Shown here: positions 18,842 to 28,270 of the stretch, piece after piece
Layout: each line of letters starts with the position of its first letter
How positions within the stretch are numbered: the stretch's first letter is position 1
Assembly: GCA_030729925.1 (NCBI GenBank)
Contig: JANQWK010000060.1
Span: 98,819 to 162,818, forward strand
Length of the DNA: 64,000 nucleotides
Direction: 5' to 3'
Source of the DNA: Saprospiraceae bacterium
Lineage (GTDB): Bacteria; Bacteroidota; Bacteroidia; Chitinophagales; Saprospiraceae
Notes under the pieces: model-generated
Database searches by the model: none
What the model saw: the letters and a program-made list of their open reading frames with translations, nothing else
What the model was told of the DNA's origin: nothing
Position numbers and translations under genes: made by a program

Positions 18842-19522
18842 TCAAGTTAACCCTTTGGACATCTTTTCGATCTGTGGGGTATCGTACACAAAAAAACCCT
18901 GTTTGATGTGTTGTGCAGCTGCAACCATAGCACCGGCTACGGCGGCGGCTTCTACGGGTACATGGTTACTCAACCAATCACCGGTCAGTTCGGCGATATT
19001 TTTCCGAAGGAAAGCCCCTAAGCGCTCCCCTTCCTGGTTGTACAACGACTTTTTCAGGATTGTTGCACTTTTGAACACATGCACAGCCCAAAAGGGCATT
19101 TGTTGCAGGACCTGTGCCATTTGGCCACGCATTCTTGCCAGTGGCAGTATGGCATCTGGATCTGCATCGCTCGAAGATAAAACCAAAAATTGGTTCATTC
19201 CACCCGCCAGTGCCTTTTTTGCCACTGGAAGGATAAGGGAAAGACCGGCAGCGGCTTCGTCGCCCCCATCCGAAAAGCTTTTGAATATTCCGGTAGTACA
19301 AAAAAACAAATCGTGGCCTGAGATGGATGTGCGGGTATGATTTTTGACCTCTTGAAGCGGCAGAATTTGCAGGCGGGTATGATGTCGCTTAAAGGAAGGA
19401 TCTGCATAAACAACCACCTTGCCATAAGCATCATGATTGAGCAACAATTGCAGGCATTCGCTGCCAACAGCATTTTCTACCCCAAACAGCACGGCAATTT
19501 TTTTATCTTTTTCTATTTCCAC
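18842..19522 (-). CDS. Hypothetical NAD(P)H-binding-domain-like protein (degenerate Rossmann motif)
   Basis: 226 aa. The N-terminal KIAVLFGVENAVGSECL resembles but degenerates GxxGxxG. The length and pattern recall HTATIP2/semialdehyde-dehydrogenase-like NAD(P)-binding proteins. This is a weak assignment. Confidence 0.45.
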   Translation of the reverse strand: MEIEKDKKIAVLFGVENAVGSECLQLLLNHDAYGKVVVYADPSFKRHHTRLQILPLQEVKNHTRTSISGHDLFFCTTGIFKSFSDGGDEAAAGLSLILPVAKKALAGGMNQFLVLSSSDADPDAILPLARMRGQMAQVLQQMPFWAVHVFKSATILKKSLYNQEGERLGAFLRKNIAELTGDWLSNHVPVEAAAVAGAMVAAAQHIKQGFFVYDTPQIEKMSKGLT

Positions 19523-19549
19523 CTTCTTATCCTTGTTTGGTGAACAGCA

Positions 19550-20503
19550 TTAATTATCTGCGACCACTATCGTATAGTACCTGGCGGAAAGTCCGCCCCA
19601 CACGCCAAGTCCTCCATTTACGTTGGAGTTCACCCGGGTATAGGTAGAAAAAGGTCCTTGGTTGGACACTGCTGACTCGAGACTGCTCCAAAAGTCGTAC
19701 TGAACCTGATCTATATTAGCCCATTTGACCACTACCGTATCGCCCAAGCGATACAAGCCAAAAGTTTCCGGATCAAAATCGGCATTGGGGGGTTCGGCTT
19801 TGGGTAAAGGGAACTCAAACGAACGCCCATCGAAAAAATCATCTTCGATAGTAGAATTGGAAGGGCTGACAAGTCCCTGGTTGTTGATCCCCGTAAAATA
19901 CCGATAATAGTTTTGAATATCTCCGGGGTCATTGATCCGGCACAAAAGGCGGCGCAGGGTATCTGAAGGTTCCCCGGGAGGCTGATCAAATCTGAGGTTT
20001 GACAAACCGACGGTATCGGGAATGGTCGTAGTAGCCGTTAAGGCATGAATACCGCTGTTGATTTGCAGTCGGTAAGTACCGCCAATTTTACCGGTCATTC
20101 GGAAAGAGAGGTCGGTATATAGGCAGACATTCAGCTGGTTGTTCGCGATTTCCAGCCCCGTCAATTGTTGCAGTAACTCACGCTGATCGGGGCTAAGTTC
20201 TGATAGACAAATCTCCTGGAGCCCTACCTTTTGACCTTCGCTTTCCACCCATATCTCTGCATCGTGGACAAACAAACTATTGAGTTCTCCTGCATTAAGT
20301 TCCTGAAAAAAAGGGACGGAGCGGGTTAAAATCACCAAGGGCGGAGTTGGTCTGTCGCCGGCTTCAATATACCCCTCGACGACCAGCATCTCTTCCAGTT
20401 CCACTGTATCCGGGATAAACTCCTTTTCGCAGCCCCAGTTCATTAAGCCCAACAGTGACAATAGGACAAGAAGCATTCTTGTTGGCGAAAAAATATTTTT
20501 CAT
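19550..20503 (-). CDS. DUF4249-like lipoprotein
   Basis: 317 aa with the lipobox LLGLMNWGC. The N-terminal LVVEGYIEAGDRPTPPLVILTRS motif is as I recall for DUF4249. ATGA start/stop overlap with copA. Confidence 0.55.
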   Translation of the reverse strand: MKNIFSPTRMLLVLLSLLGLMNWGCEKEFIPDTVELEEMLVVEGYIEAGDRPTPPLVILTRSVPFFQELNAGELNSLFVHDAEIWVESEGQKVGLQEICLSELSPDQRELLQQLTGLEIANNQLNVCLYTDLSFRMTGKIGGTYRLQINSGIHALTATTTIPDTVGLSNLRFDQPPGEPSDTLRRLLCRINDPGDIQNYYRYFTGINNQGLVSPSNSTIEDDFFDGRSFEFPLPKAEPPNADFDPETFGLYRLGDTVVVKWANIDQVQYDFWSSLESAVSNQGPFSTYTRVNSNVNGGLGVWGGLSARYYTIVVADN

Positions 20504-22623
20504 ACAATTTTTTTGATGTTCAACCTGAGGGAATTACCGATCACCACCACATCGGAAAAAGCCATAAACATAGCTCCGTACATGGGGTTTAGGAAGCCCA
20601 TTGCTGCCATTGGAATGGCCACAATGTTATACGCAAAAGCCCAAAAAAGGTTTTGCCGGATGGTTTGTAATGTCGCTTTACTGATCCCAAAAGCACGAAT
20701 CAGTTGATCCATTCTCCCACTCAACAACACGATATCGGCTGCATTGATGGCCACCTGGGAAGCGTTACCCAGCGATATCCCAATATTTGCCCTTGCTAAG
20801 GCCGCCGCATCATTGATACCATCTCCCACCATGGCCGTTGGAATTTCGTCTGACCACTGTTCGATCCGATCCAATTTCTGGGCAGGCGTTTGTTCGCTGA
20901 AATAATCTTCAATGCCGATTTTGGTAGCTAATTGAGCCACCTTTTTATCCTGGTCCCCGCTCAGGACAACCGTTTTGATGGCTTGGTGATGAAGGTATTG
21001 TACGGTCTCTGATGCCCCCGAACTAAGCGTATCTTCCAGACTAAACGCCGCAAGCAGGTCATTATCCCGGGTAAGAAACACCTGGTAGTCTTTTTTAAGG
21101 TAAAGTAGCGTTTCTGGAAGAATAGCTGCCGATCCTATCCGAAATACATTACCGGCTGCGTTGCGCGCCTCCACCCCTTTACCTTTAATCTCAGTAGCAC
21201 CTTCCAGCCTCTCTCCCTCTCTGATTTGTTGATGTTCCAGCCATTCCAGTAAAGATTTGGCAATGGGGTGACTCGATTTTTGTTCGAGGGTATAGACCAA
21301 GCGATGGATCAGGTTTTGATCTGCTTCTTCGTACCGGGTATGGACGACCTGAAACTTTCCTGTAGTGAGGGTACCCGTTTTATCAAAAACAATCCTTTTT
21401 ATGGCTGCAAATTTTTCGAGCGTCTTCCCACCCTTAACCAGGATGCCCTCCTTGGCAAGTCGTCCTATTCCGACTGCAACAGCGGTAGGGGTTGCCAGTC
21501 CCATTGCGCAAGGGCAAGAGATCACCAGCACGGCAATGGCATTCATCAGTGCCTGCGTGAAGGTGAGTCCAAAAACACTGTACCCCAGCAGTAAAGTCAG
21601 CGCAGAAATTCCCACCACTACCGGAACGAAAACCGCGCTGATGCGATCGGCTAATCGTTGAATACCGGGTTTATCCTGTTGGGCTTTTTTGACCATCCGG
21701 ATGATCTGCCCCAGCATAGAAGACTCCCCTGTAGCCCTGACCTCCATACTGATATTGCCACTCAGCAGGGTTGTTCCGCCGGTCAAATCCTGAGAAACCT
21801 CCTTAAATACCGGCAAGCTTTCTCCCGTCAGAAAGGACTCATCCACCGAACCTTCGCCCGATACCACCCTTCCATCAGCAGGAATAGCATCACCTTCGTT
21901 GATCAGCAAAACCTGACCTTTTTCCACTTCTCCAATATCGAGGGTCACAACTGCTCCCGATGGCATCAATACCCTTGCCTTTGCAGGCTGCAACTTTTCC
22001 AGCGCTTCGATTGCTGCATTGGTGCGGCTCACTGCCCTTTCTTCCAGCCAATTGCCCAGCAGAACCAAAGTAATGATGCTTGCGGCAGTTTCGTAAAAGA
22101 TATAGTCCGCCTCGTTGAGTACTGTTCCGATTACCGAATAGCTGTAAGCCGCTGTACTTCCCAGGAAAATGAGCACATCCATATTGGGATACCGTTCCTG
22201 AAGGGAAGCCCAGGCACTTTTTCCAAAGTGTAGCAAACCGACCACAAAAACGGGAGTAGCCAAGGCAAACTGCACCCAAACCAGATGCAGGACATGGATG
22301 TGCACACCCAGCAGCATCAAAATATGGTTGGCAACCATGGGAAGCGTCAGCAAACCCGTAAACCAAAGTTTGCGCGTAAGCGTCCAGAAAGGTGCAACAG
22401 CGCCATCCTCCACAATCGTATAGCCCATTTTTTGAATCCCCTTTCGAATGAGCTCCAGATCAAGGGCTTCATCTTCATTCGTAAAGCGAACCTCTTTCGA
22501 AGCGAAGTCCACAAAGATATCTTTCATGCCCTTGCGGGACAAAAAACGCTCTACTCCGGCTGCGCAATTGACGCAGGTCATCCCCTCTACCTCCCAGGTA
22601 AATTTACCGGTATTGTTGACCAT
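20500..22623 (-). CDS. copA: Heavy-metal (Cu+) translocating P1B-type ATPase
   Basis: 707 aa with the N-terminal HMA domain GMTCVNCAAG, TM CPC motif (SCPCAMGLATP), DKTGTLT phosphorylation site, TGES and GDGINDA. Confidence 0.92.
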   Translation of the reverse strand: MVNNTGKFTWEVEGMTCVNCAAGVERFLSRKGMKDIFVDFASKEVRFTNEDEALDLELIRKGIQKMGYTIVEDGAVAPFWTLTRKLWFTGLLTLPMVANHILMLLGVHIHVLHLVWVQFALATPVFVVGLLHFGKSAWASLQERYPNMDVLIFLGSTAAYSYSVIGTVLNEADYIFYETAASIITLVLLGNWLEERAVSRTNAAIEALEKLQPAKARVLMPSGAVVTLDIGEVEKGQVLLINEGDAIPADGRVVSGEGSVDESFLTGESLPVFKEVSQDLTGGTTLLSGNISMEVRATGESSMLGQIIRMVKKAQQDKPGIQRLADRISAVFVPVVVGISALTLLLGYSVFGLTFTQALMNAIAVLVISCPCAMGLATPTAVAVGIGRLAKEGILVKGGKTLEKFAAIKRIVFDKTGTLTTGKFQVVHTRYEEADQNLIHRLVYTLEQKSSHPIAKSLLEWLEHQQIREGERLEGATEIKGKGVEARNAAGNVFRIGSAAILPETLLYLKKDYQVFLTRDNDLLAAFSLEDTLSSGASETVQYLHHQAIKTVVLSGDQDKKVAQLATKIGIEDYFSEQTPAQKLDRIEQWSDEIPTAMVGDGINDAAALARANIGISLGNASQVAINAADIVLLSGRMDQLIRAFGISKATLQTIRQNLFWAFAYNIVAIPMAAMGFLNPMYGAMFMAFSDVVVIGNSLRLNIKKIV

Positions 22624-22747
22624 AAATTATTACTTTTAAACTATTATTAGAACAGCCAAATTTGACAATTAGATGTCCAAAATCAAAAGTAGTCTGGATT
22701 TTTTTCAAATGCAATGTATCGGAAAGCAGCTGTATGCCGGCAACAGA

Positions 22748-23968
22748 ATGGGCATGCTGGTTCTATTAATACTGGTTTGGGCTCATCTGCCTTCCGCAAA
22801 AGCACAAACCGTTTTTTCCGCGGTAGCGGAGGTTCCTAATCCAAAAGCTGCCGGACTTGGATATGTGACTGATCCTGACGGCATCCTCGGTGATACCTTT
22901 GTGCAATTGATCAACGAGCGCATTACCCGCCTGAAGGATAGCGCTACAGTTCAATTTGCTGTAGTAGTACTGCCCTCTATCGGGGAAGAAAATCCCAAAG
23001 ACTTTGCCACCCGTTTGTTTAAGCACTGGGGCATTGGTCAGGCGGACAAAGACAATGGGCTATTGATCCTTACGGTGATGGATCAGCGCCGGACGGAATT
23101 TGAAACAGGCTATGGTTTGGAAGGGGTGCTGCCCGATGCCCTCTGTTACCGACTGGGCATGCAATACCTTGTTCCTTACTTCAAGGACGATGCTTATGGG
23201 CAGGGCATTCTGGAAGTCGTCAACCAATTTGGCAATATCCTGGAAAATCCGGAAGCCTTGGAGGAGGTGTACTCCGATGCGGAGTCAGGTGCAGCGCGCA
23301 AAGGCAAAAAAACCGGGATAATATTTTATATTTATTTGTTTTTCAACTTATTGTTTCATGCATTTGCCCTGTTTTGGATAGCCACTCAGCTCAACAGCAA
23401 GCAAGATGCCTATCTAAAGTACCAGGCTATTCGGAAAATGTATTCGGTTGTACCTGTCATCTTTTTTCCTGTACCTTATGGTTTCGTGATGCTTTTTTTG
23501 AAGAAGCAACTCCATAAGTTGCGCAACATGAAGCGCTACAGCAAAACCACTGGAAGACTATTGATAAAATTGAGTGAGGCGGAAGAAAATACTTATTTGG
23601 GAAAGGGTCAGATCACGGAAGAGGAACTGGGCTCGGTAGATTACGATGTATGGGTGGCAGAAAACGACCCGGATGACATTTTGATCCTGCGTTATGAAAA
23701 GCGTTGGTCATCCTGGCAGAAATGTCCGGATTGCGGCTACCAAACCTACCATTTGGCGCATTCTAAGGTCTTGCGATCTGCGACGACCTATAGTTCGGGA
23801 GAAAAGCTCCTCACGTACAGCTGTGAAAACTGTCATTACTGCCATGAAAAGACGGTCATTATACCCAAGCTTTCCAGTGGCGGCTCGGGCGGTGGAAGTT
23901 CCTCCGGAGGGGGCTCATCCTGGGGTGGAGGCTCCTCCGGAGGAGGGGGTGCGGGAGTGAGCTGGTAA
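22748..23968 (+). CDS. TPM-domain (YgcG-like) membrane protein with 4-Cys zinc-ribbon insert and Gly/Ser-rich tail
   Basis: ATG 22748 gives the signal peptide MGMLVLLILVWAHLPSAKAQ; an alternative ATG at 22673 is possible. It has a TPM domain (VTDPDGIL...FAVVVLPSIG...WGIGQADKDNGLLIL...TGYGLEG), TM helices, CPDCGYQ...CENCHYC and the tail SSGGSGGGSSSGGGSSWGGGSSGGGGAGVSW. Confidence 0.75.
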   Translation: MGMLVLLILVWAHLPSAKAQTVFSAVAEVPNPKAAGLGYVTDPDGILGDTFVQLINERITRLKDSATVQFAVVVLPSIGEENPKDFATRLFKHWGIGQADKDNGLLILTVMDQRRTEFETGYGLEGVLPDALCYRLGMQYLVPYFKDDAYGQGILEVVNQFGNILENPEALEEVYSDAESGAARKGKKTGIIFYIYLFFNLLFHAFALFWIATQLNSKQDAYLKYQAIRKMYSVVPVIFFPVPYGFVMLFLKKQLHKLRNMKRYSKTTGRLLIKLSEAEENTYLGKGQITEEELGSVDYDVWVAENDPDDILILRYEKRWSSWQKCPDCGYQTYHLAHSKVLRSATTYSSGEKLLTYSCENCHYCHEKTVIIPKLSSGGSGGGSSSGGGSSWGGGSSGGGGAGVSW

Positions 23969-23969
23969 G

Positions 23970-25595
23970 CTATTGAGGTTTCCCTACCGCGCCTTCCCAG
24001 TCGGGGTCTGCTGCTCCGATCCAGGTTTTGGTTTTAGGATCAAACTGCACTGCATGCACTCTTCCGAAGCGTGCGGGCTGATTGATCTTTTTCAGAAAAA
24101 AGCCCTCTGACTGAATTTCTTCCAGACTTGCAGGATTCCAATTAATCCCTTCGTGGTTCTCTACAAGCATGCTATCTGCCTGAAAAAATACTCGTGGAGC
24201 GGCGAGGGCCTGGTCTAGCGGAAGCTGTTGGTCTATCACCCTGCTCATCACGGTCACCACGGCGGGAATAATGAGCGATCCTCCGGCTGCGCCGAGCGTG
24301 AGGAAGGGTTGTCCATCACGGGTAACAATCACCGGAGAAATGTGGGAAGCTGCACGCTGGCCAGGGTCAAACACACCGAGGTAGCGTCCCAGGGTCACGG
24401 CATATAAAAATCCAAGTTCGGGAGAAGCCACCCGGGATCCCATGTTAGGTCCGAGGGACTGCGTAAGAGAAACCGTCATTCCGTTTTTATCGGAAGCCGA
24501 CAAATGGGTCGTATGGCCATCCAACTGTTGCCATTGTTCAGGGCTTGCGCCCAAAAAACCCAATTGGCGGTTGGTATTGGATTGTAGGTTAACCTGGGGA
24601 AACAACGATGCGGCATAATCCTTAGCAATTAGGACCTGTGCCATAGAATCAGAAGTCTGTTTGTCGCGATCCTCATACGCCAATGCAATCGCCTGGTAAC
24701 AAGCTGTAGCCCAATCAGCTTCGCTCAACTCGCCCATTGGAAGCTGTTCCAGGATATTCATGATCTCCAGGGTAATCGCGCCAAAGGAAGGCATCCAGAG
24801 TGCGTTCACCTCATAGCCCCTGTAAGTGCTTTTCAACACCATCCGATCCTCGGCCTGATAAGCGGCCAGGTCTTCCAGGGTCATCACGCTGCCATTTTTT
24901 TGCAGGTCGCTAATCATTTTTTCCGCGATAGCGCCCTTGTAGAAAGCATCGCGTCCTCCGACTGCTATGGCTTTCAAGGTATTGGCAAGATCTTGCTGCA
25001 CCAGCAGTTCACCGGCCGAATACGTCGAATCGCCTTTGAGGAAATAGCGGGAAGTCCCTTCAAACTGCTTAATCTCGTCCAGTTGCATCGAATGGCGAAG
25101 CGCCTCACCGGGAAGCAGGTTAAAGCCCGCTTCAGCGAATTGGATAGCCGGAGCCATCACCGTCTCGAGGGACATTGTCCCATGTTCCTCCAGAATTTTG
25201 ATCAATCCGGCTACCACTCCGGGGATACCTACAGTGGGATAGCCAAAAGGTACATCCGCTGCGGTCGCCGTATCATAGGCCATTGGTGCCTGAGTAGTCG
25301 CGTCTATGCCGTGTATATCTCCTTCTGAGGTTCGAAGCAGGGCCATGAGGCGGCCTCCGATACCGCTCATGCTGGGTTCCACCACAGCAAGGGCGAAGCC
25401 GGCAGCCACGGCGGCATCTGCTGCATTACCCCCTTTTTCGAGCATTAGGCGCCCAGCTTGGGCGGCCAGGGGGTGAGCTGCGACTACCAGCCCCTCATTG
25501 GATTGATCAAACTGTGAGGAAGCGATGTCCTCAGGAGCTTCGCAGGCCCACAATAGTAGAGCGATGCCAGCTATCAGGTATTTTATCATCATCAT
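23970..25595 (-). CDS. ggt: Gamma-glutamyltransferase
   Basis: ATG 25595 (MMMIKYLIAGIALLLWAC lipobox); an alternative ATG lies at 25622. The protein shows GGT collinearity, including the autoprocessing/nucleophile region DGHTTHLSASD and GAAGGSLI. Confidence 0.92.
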   Translation of the reverse strand: MMMIKYLIAGIALLLWACEAPEDIASSQFDQSNEGLVVAAHPLAAQAGRLMLEKGGNAADAAVAAGFALAVVEPSMSGIGGRLMALLRTSEGDIHGIDATTQAPMAYDTATAADVPFGYPTVGIPGVVAGLIKILEEHGTMSLETVMAPAIQFAEAGFNLLPGEALRHSMQLDEIKQFEGTSRYFLKGDSTYSAGELLVQQDLANTLKAIAVGGRDAFYKGAIAEKMISDLQKNGSVMTLEDLAAYQAEDRMVLKSTYRGYEVNALWMPSFGAITLEIMNILEQLPMGELSEADWATACYQAIALAYEDRDKQTSDSMAQVLIAKDYAASLFPQVNLQSNTNRQLGFLGASPEQWQQLDGHTTHLSASDKNGMTVSLTQSLGPNMGSRVASPELGFLYAVTLGRYLGVFDPGQRAASHISPVIVTRDGQPFLTLGAAGGSLIIPAVVTVMSRVIDQQLPLDQALAAPRVFFQADSMLVENHEGINWNPASLEEIQSEGFFLKKINQPARFGRVHAVQFDPKTKTWIGAADPDWEGAVGKPQ

Positions 25596-25596
25596 A

Positions 25597-28194
25597 TTAT
25601 TTACAAGCTTCCAAAATAGCATTGAATATCAACTTATAAGTGCCTCTGGGTTGGCCTCTGAACTGTGGGCGGAAGCCAAAAAGCACCACCTTTCCCGATC
25701 CGTACCCACAAGTAATCAAGGCGGCCTTATCCTTCAAATAGCGGTTTTCTCCGGCTGCCCAGCCGCTCATCAGGATATCTTTTTCGGCATATTGCACCAC
25801 CACCTTGGCGTCTGGTGCTGGGGGGTCGGGGGTATTTTCTACTCCGCCTTCCCCTGTTTTACGTGGCTTGGTTACTTCAAAAGCCCGACTATCGGAGAAA
25901 GAAACGGCAAACTCATTGCGCATTCCCCAGCTCAGGGGGTCGGCTGCGGACAATTTGGCGCGGATCAGAGAACCCGGAACAAAAAATTCTCGGGAAGACA
26001 AATTTGCCGTAACATTTCTGACAGGCAGCCCCAGATGTTCGATGGCAAAATCGCTGGCCTCATCAAAAGCAATCAGTGTCCCTCCTTTTTCCACATATTT
26101 TTTGATGGCCATCACGCCCTCCAATTCCAAACCTCCGGTAAAAGGATCCGGCATGGTACCTTCCGGATGTCCATGCAAGATACGAGCAGGACTTTGGGAA
26201 GGAATGATAATAGCTTGGTAAACTGAAAGATCCCGGGAGCGGATATCTGCATCGTGCAGGGTATCCAGATCGAAGCTGTGTTGGAGCATCACCCATCTCG
26301 TCCAGCCCTCATCCATGTTTGCTACCCAGGATTTATAAATTCCAATCTTTATTTGATCTAATTTATCTGCTTTCTCCGTAGGCATATTTGAAGATGCTAC
26401 AAATTCCAGTCCATTCGCGCGCGCCTGTCCTTCCACCAGCGATGCCACTTTTTTACCGGTCACGAAGAAAGTACCGGCAGCCCATTCTTTGTCGTCCTGC
26501 ACTACAGGTTCTCTAAGTCGGTAAATATCCGCACCACTTTGTTGCAGCTCATTAACTGCCCTAAAAGCTGCATTTTCGCGGGCAGCCAGCCAGTAGCCCT
26601 CTTTACCCGATCCTGAAACTGTGCCGGGTGTGACCTCCAGCAAACCCTCCAGGCGATCAGCGGCAACCTCAAAGGCCTGATCCACGCGCACCACATCCAC
26701 GCCCATTTGCATAGGAAGTGTCCAGCCTGCAAGGTCATAAGGAGGAACCCTGGGCCCACCCGGATATTGAAACTCATCCGGGTAATTTTGTTTTTCCATT
26801 AAATCTACCAAATAAGGGCGGAAAGCCTGGGCACCGTAAAAAATCACTGTCCCTTCCGGAAAATTTTGACCATTTACCTCAAAGCCTGTTTTCGCCACGT
26901 GAGCTTCCAGCCCCCCGCGAATCAGGATATTGATCAATTCACGGGTTTCGCTGCGATCCCACTGATCAGGGCTAAACACATACGCGAAAGCCTCTTTAGG
27001 GTTCTTGATGGCATCGCGCCCCATCTTATAAATATTATAAAGGAAAGCTTCCTTTCGGCTGGCGGCCATATCCAGCAGTGCCATGGACGACTCGATCATA
27101 TAATCTACAGCATCGCGGAAATGAGACTCACCTCCTGGCCAGGGAAAAGGATACCATATTTCTGTGCCATCGGATCGCATCCCGCCTACCGATGAAGGCT
27201 TTTTCGCCGGATCGTAATAGCGGGGAGTCGGTGTAGCATGGGCAGTTTCGGTAAGAATGCCAATCATATTGTGGAAATAAGGCGCTGTGCGCATCCCGCC
27301 ATTCCACCACATACTGAAATTGGTCTGAGAAATCACCCCTGGCATATCGAGCATCGCAAAGCGGTTGGCCATAGCCGTGCCGATCAGGTTCACAGCGGTA
27401 GTCACGCCGGGGTGAATATTCGGGTTAACGGGAGAGCGGAAGGGAGGCAAAAAAATCCTCGCCCAGGCCGGAGAAGTCTGGTGGTGGTTGTGTACAATCT
27501 GGGGGAACCACTCGTGGTATAGCACCCTGGTTGCTGCGCGGGTCTCCGGCATATTGAGCATGAACCAGTCTCGGTTGTTGTCGTGGCCTACAAACTTCTG
27601 GTAGAGAATAGGCGGATTGGTGGTCTCGTAGGGCGTTCCCAGTTGCTGTCGGTACCAGTCCACCACAATATCAACCCCATCGGGATTGATCACAGGCACC
27701 ATCACCACGATCACATTCTCCCTGATCTTATTCATTTCATCACTTTCCTCGGCGGCAATCCGCCAGGCAAGTTCGCTGGTCATTTGAGCATGGGCCTTTT
27801 CCGAGGCGTGCATTCCCCCGTCAAACCAAACGACTGCCTTCCCCTCTTTGGCATGATTTTTAGCGGTAGCTTCGTCTATACGCGCCTTAGCCAGGTCTGC
27901 CGAAATATTTTTGAACCTGTCTTTATTGCGCAGGTTCTCTTCCGAGGAAATAAGCAATAATTTGATGGGTCTGCCGGCAACGGAAGTCCCGATATCCAAA
28001 AGTTCTACCCGGTCGGTGGCGGCGTCCAAGCGTTGGTAATAGTCCAACATCTGGTCGTAATCGGCCAGTTTGTAGTCAGCTCCGACCCGGAACCCAAAAA
28101 CTTCTTCCGGGCTTGGAATTTGTCCGGTCAGCCTAAAGCATAACACAAAGGCAGGTAGCAAGAGGAGCAAGCTCCTGAGTGGATGGTTTTGCAT
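25597..28194 (-). CDS. M14-family zinc carboxypeptidase with large C-terminal extension
   Basis: ATG 28194 (MQNHPLRSLLLLLPAFVLC signal). The M14 core has GGMHASE (HxxE zinc site), NPDG, HDNNRDW and a later HNHHQ. About 450 further residues resemble the class-I glutamine-amidotransferase-like C-terminal module seen in long bacterial M14 proteins (from memory). Confidence 0.8.
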   Translation of the reverse strand: MQNHPLRSLLLLLPAFVLCFRLTGQIPSPEEVFGFRVGADYKLADYDQMLDYYQRLDAATDRVELLDIGTSVAGRPIKLLLISSEENLRNKDRFKNISADLAKARIDEATAKNHAKEGKAVVWFDGGMHASEKAHAQMTSELAWRIAAEESDEMNKIRENVIVVMVPVINPDGVDIVVDWYRQQLGTPYETTNPPILYQKFVGHDNNRDWFMLNMPETRAATRVLYHEWFPQIVHNHHQTSPAWARIFLPPFRSPVNPNIHPGVTTAVNLIGTAMANRFAMLDMPGVISQTNFSMWWNGGMRTAPYFHNMIGILTETAHATPTPRYYDPAKKPSSVGGMRSDGTEIWYPFPWPGGESHFRDAVDYMIESSMALLDMAASRKEAFLYNIYKMGRDAIKNPKEAFAYVFSPDQWDRSETRELINILIRGGLEAHVAKTGFEVNGQNFPEGTVIFYGAQAFRPYLVDLMEKQNYPDEFQYPGGPRVPPYDLAGWTLPMQMGVDVVRVDQAFEVAADRLEGLLEVTPGTVSGSGKEGYWLAARENAAFRAVNELQQSGADIYRLREPVVQDDKEWAAGTFFVTGKKVASLVEGQARANGLEFVASSNMPTEKADKLDQIKIGIYKSWVANMDEGWTRWVMLQHSFDLDTLHDADIRSRDLSVYQAIIIPSQSPARILHGHPEGTMPDPFTGGLELEGVMAIKKYVEKGGTLIAFDEASDFAIEHLGLPVRNVTANLSSREFFVPGSLIRAKLSAADPLSWGMRNEFAVSFSDSRAFEVTKPRKTGEGGVENTPDPPAPDAKVVVQYAEKDILMSGWAAGENRYLKDKAALITCGYGSGKVVLFGFRPQFRGQPRGTYKLIFNAILEACK

Positions 28195-28270
28195 GCGTTT
28201 TGTTTTGGTTGTTAAGATAAGTCCCTGCTGTTGAATTGCCAAAAGCGTGCCCCATAAATTGTTCCAGGAC

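Noticed and set aside
25525-26226. 233-aa and 138-aa plus-strand ORFs
   Set aside because: They are antisense to the ggt 5' end and the M14 peptidase gene. Their composition (Gly/Ser/Arg-rich) is typical of shadow frames.
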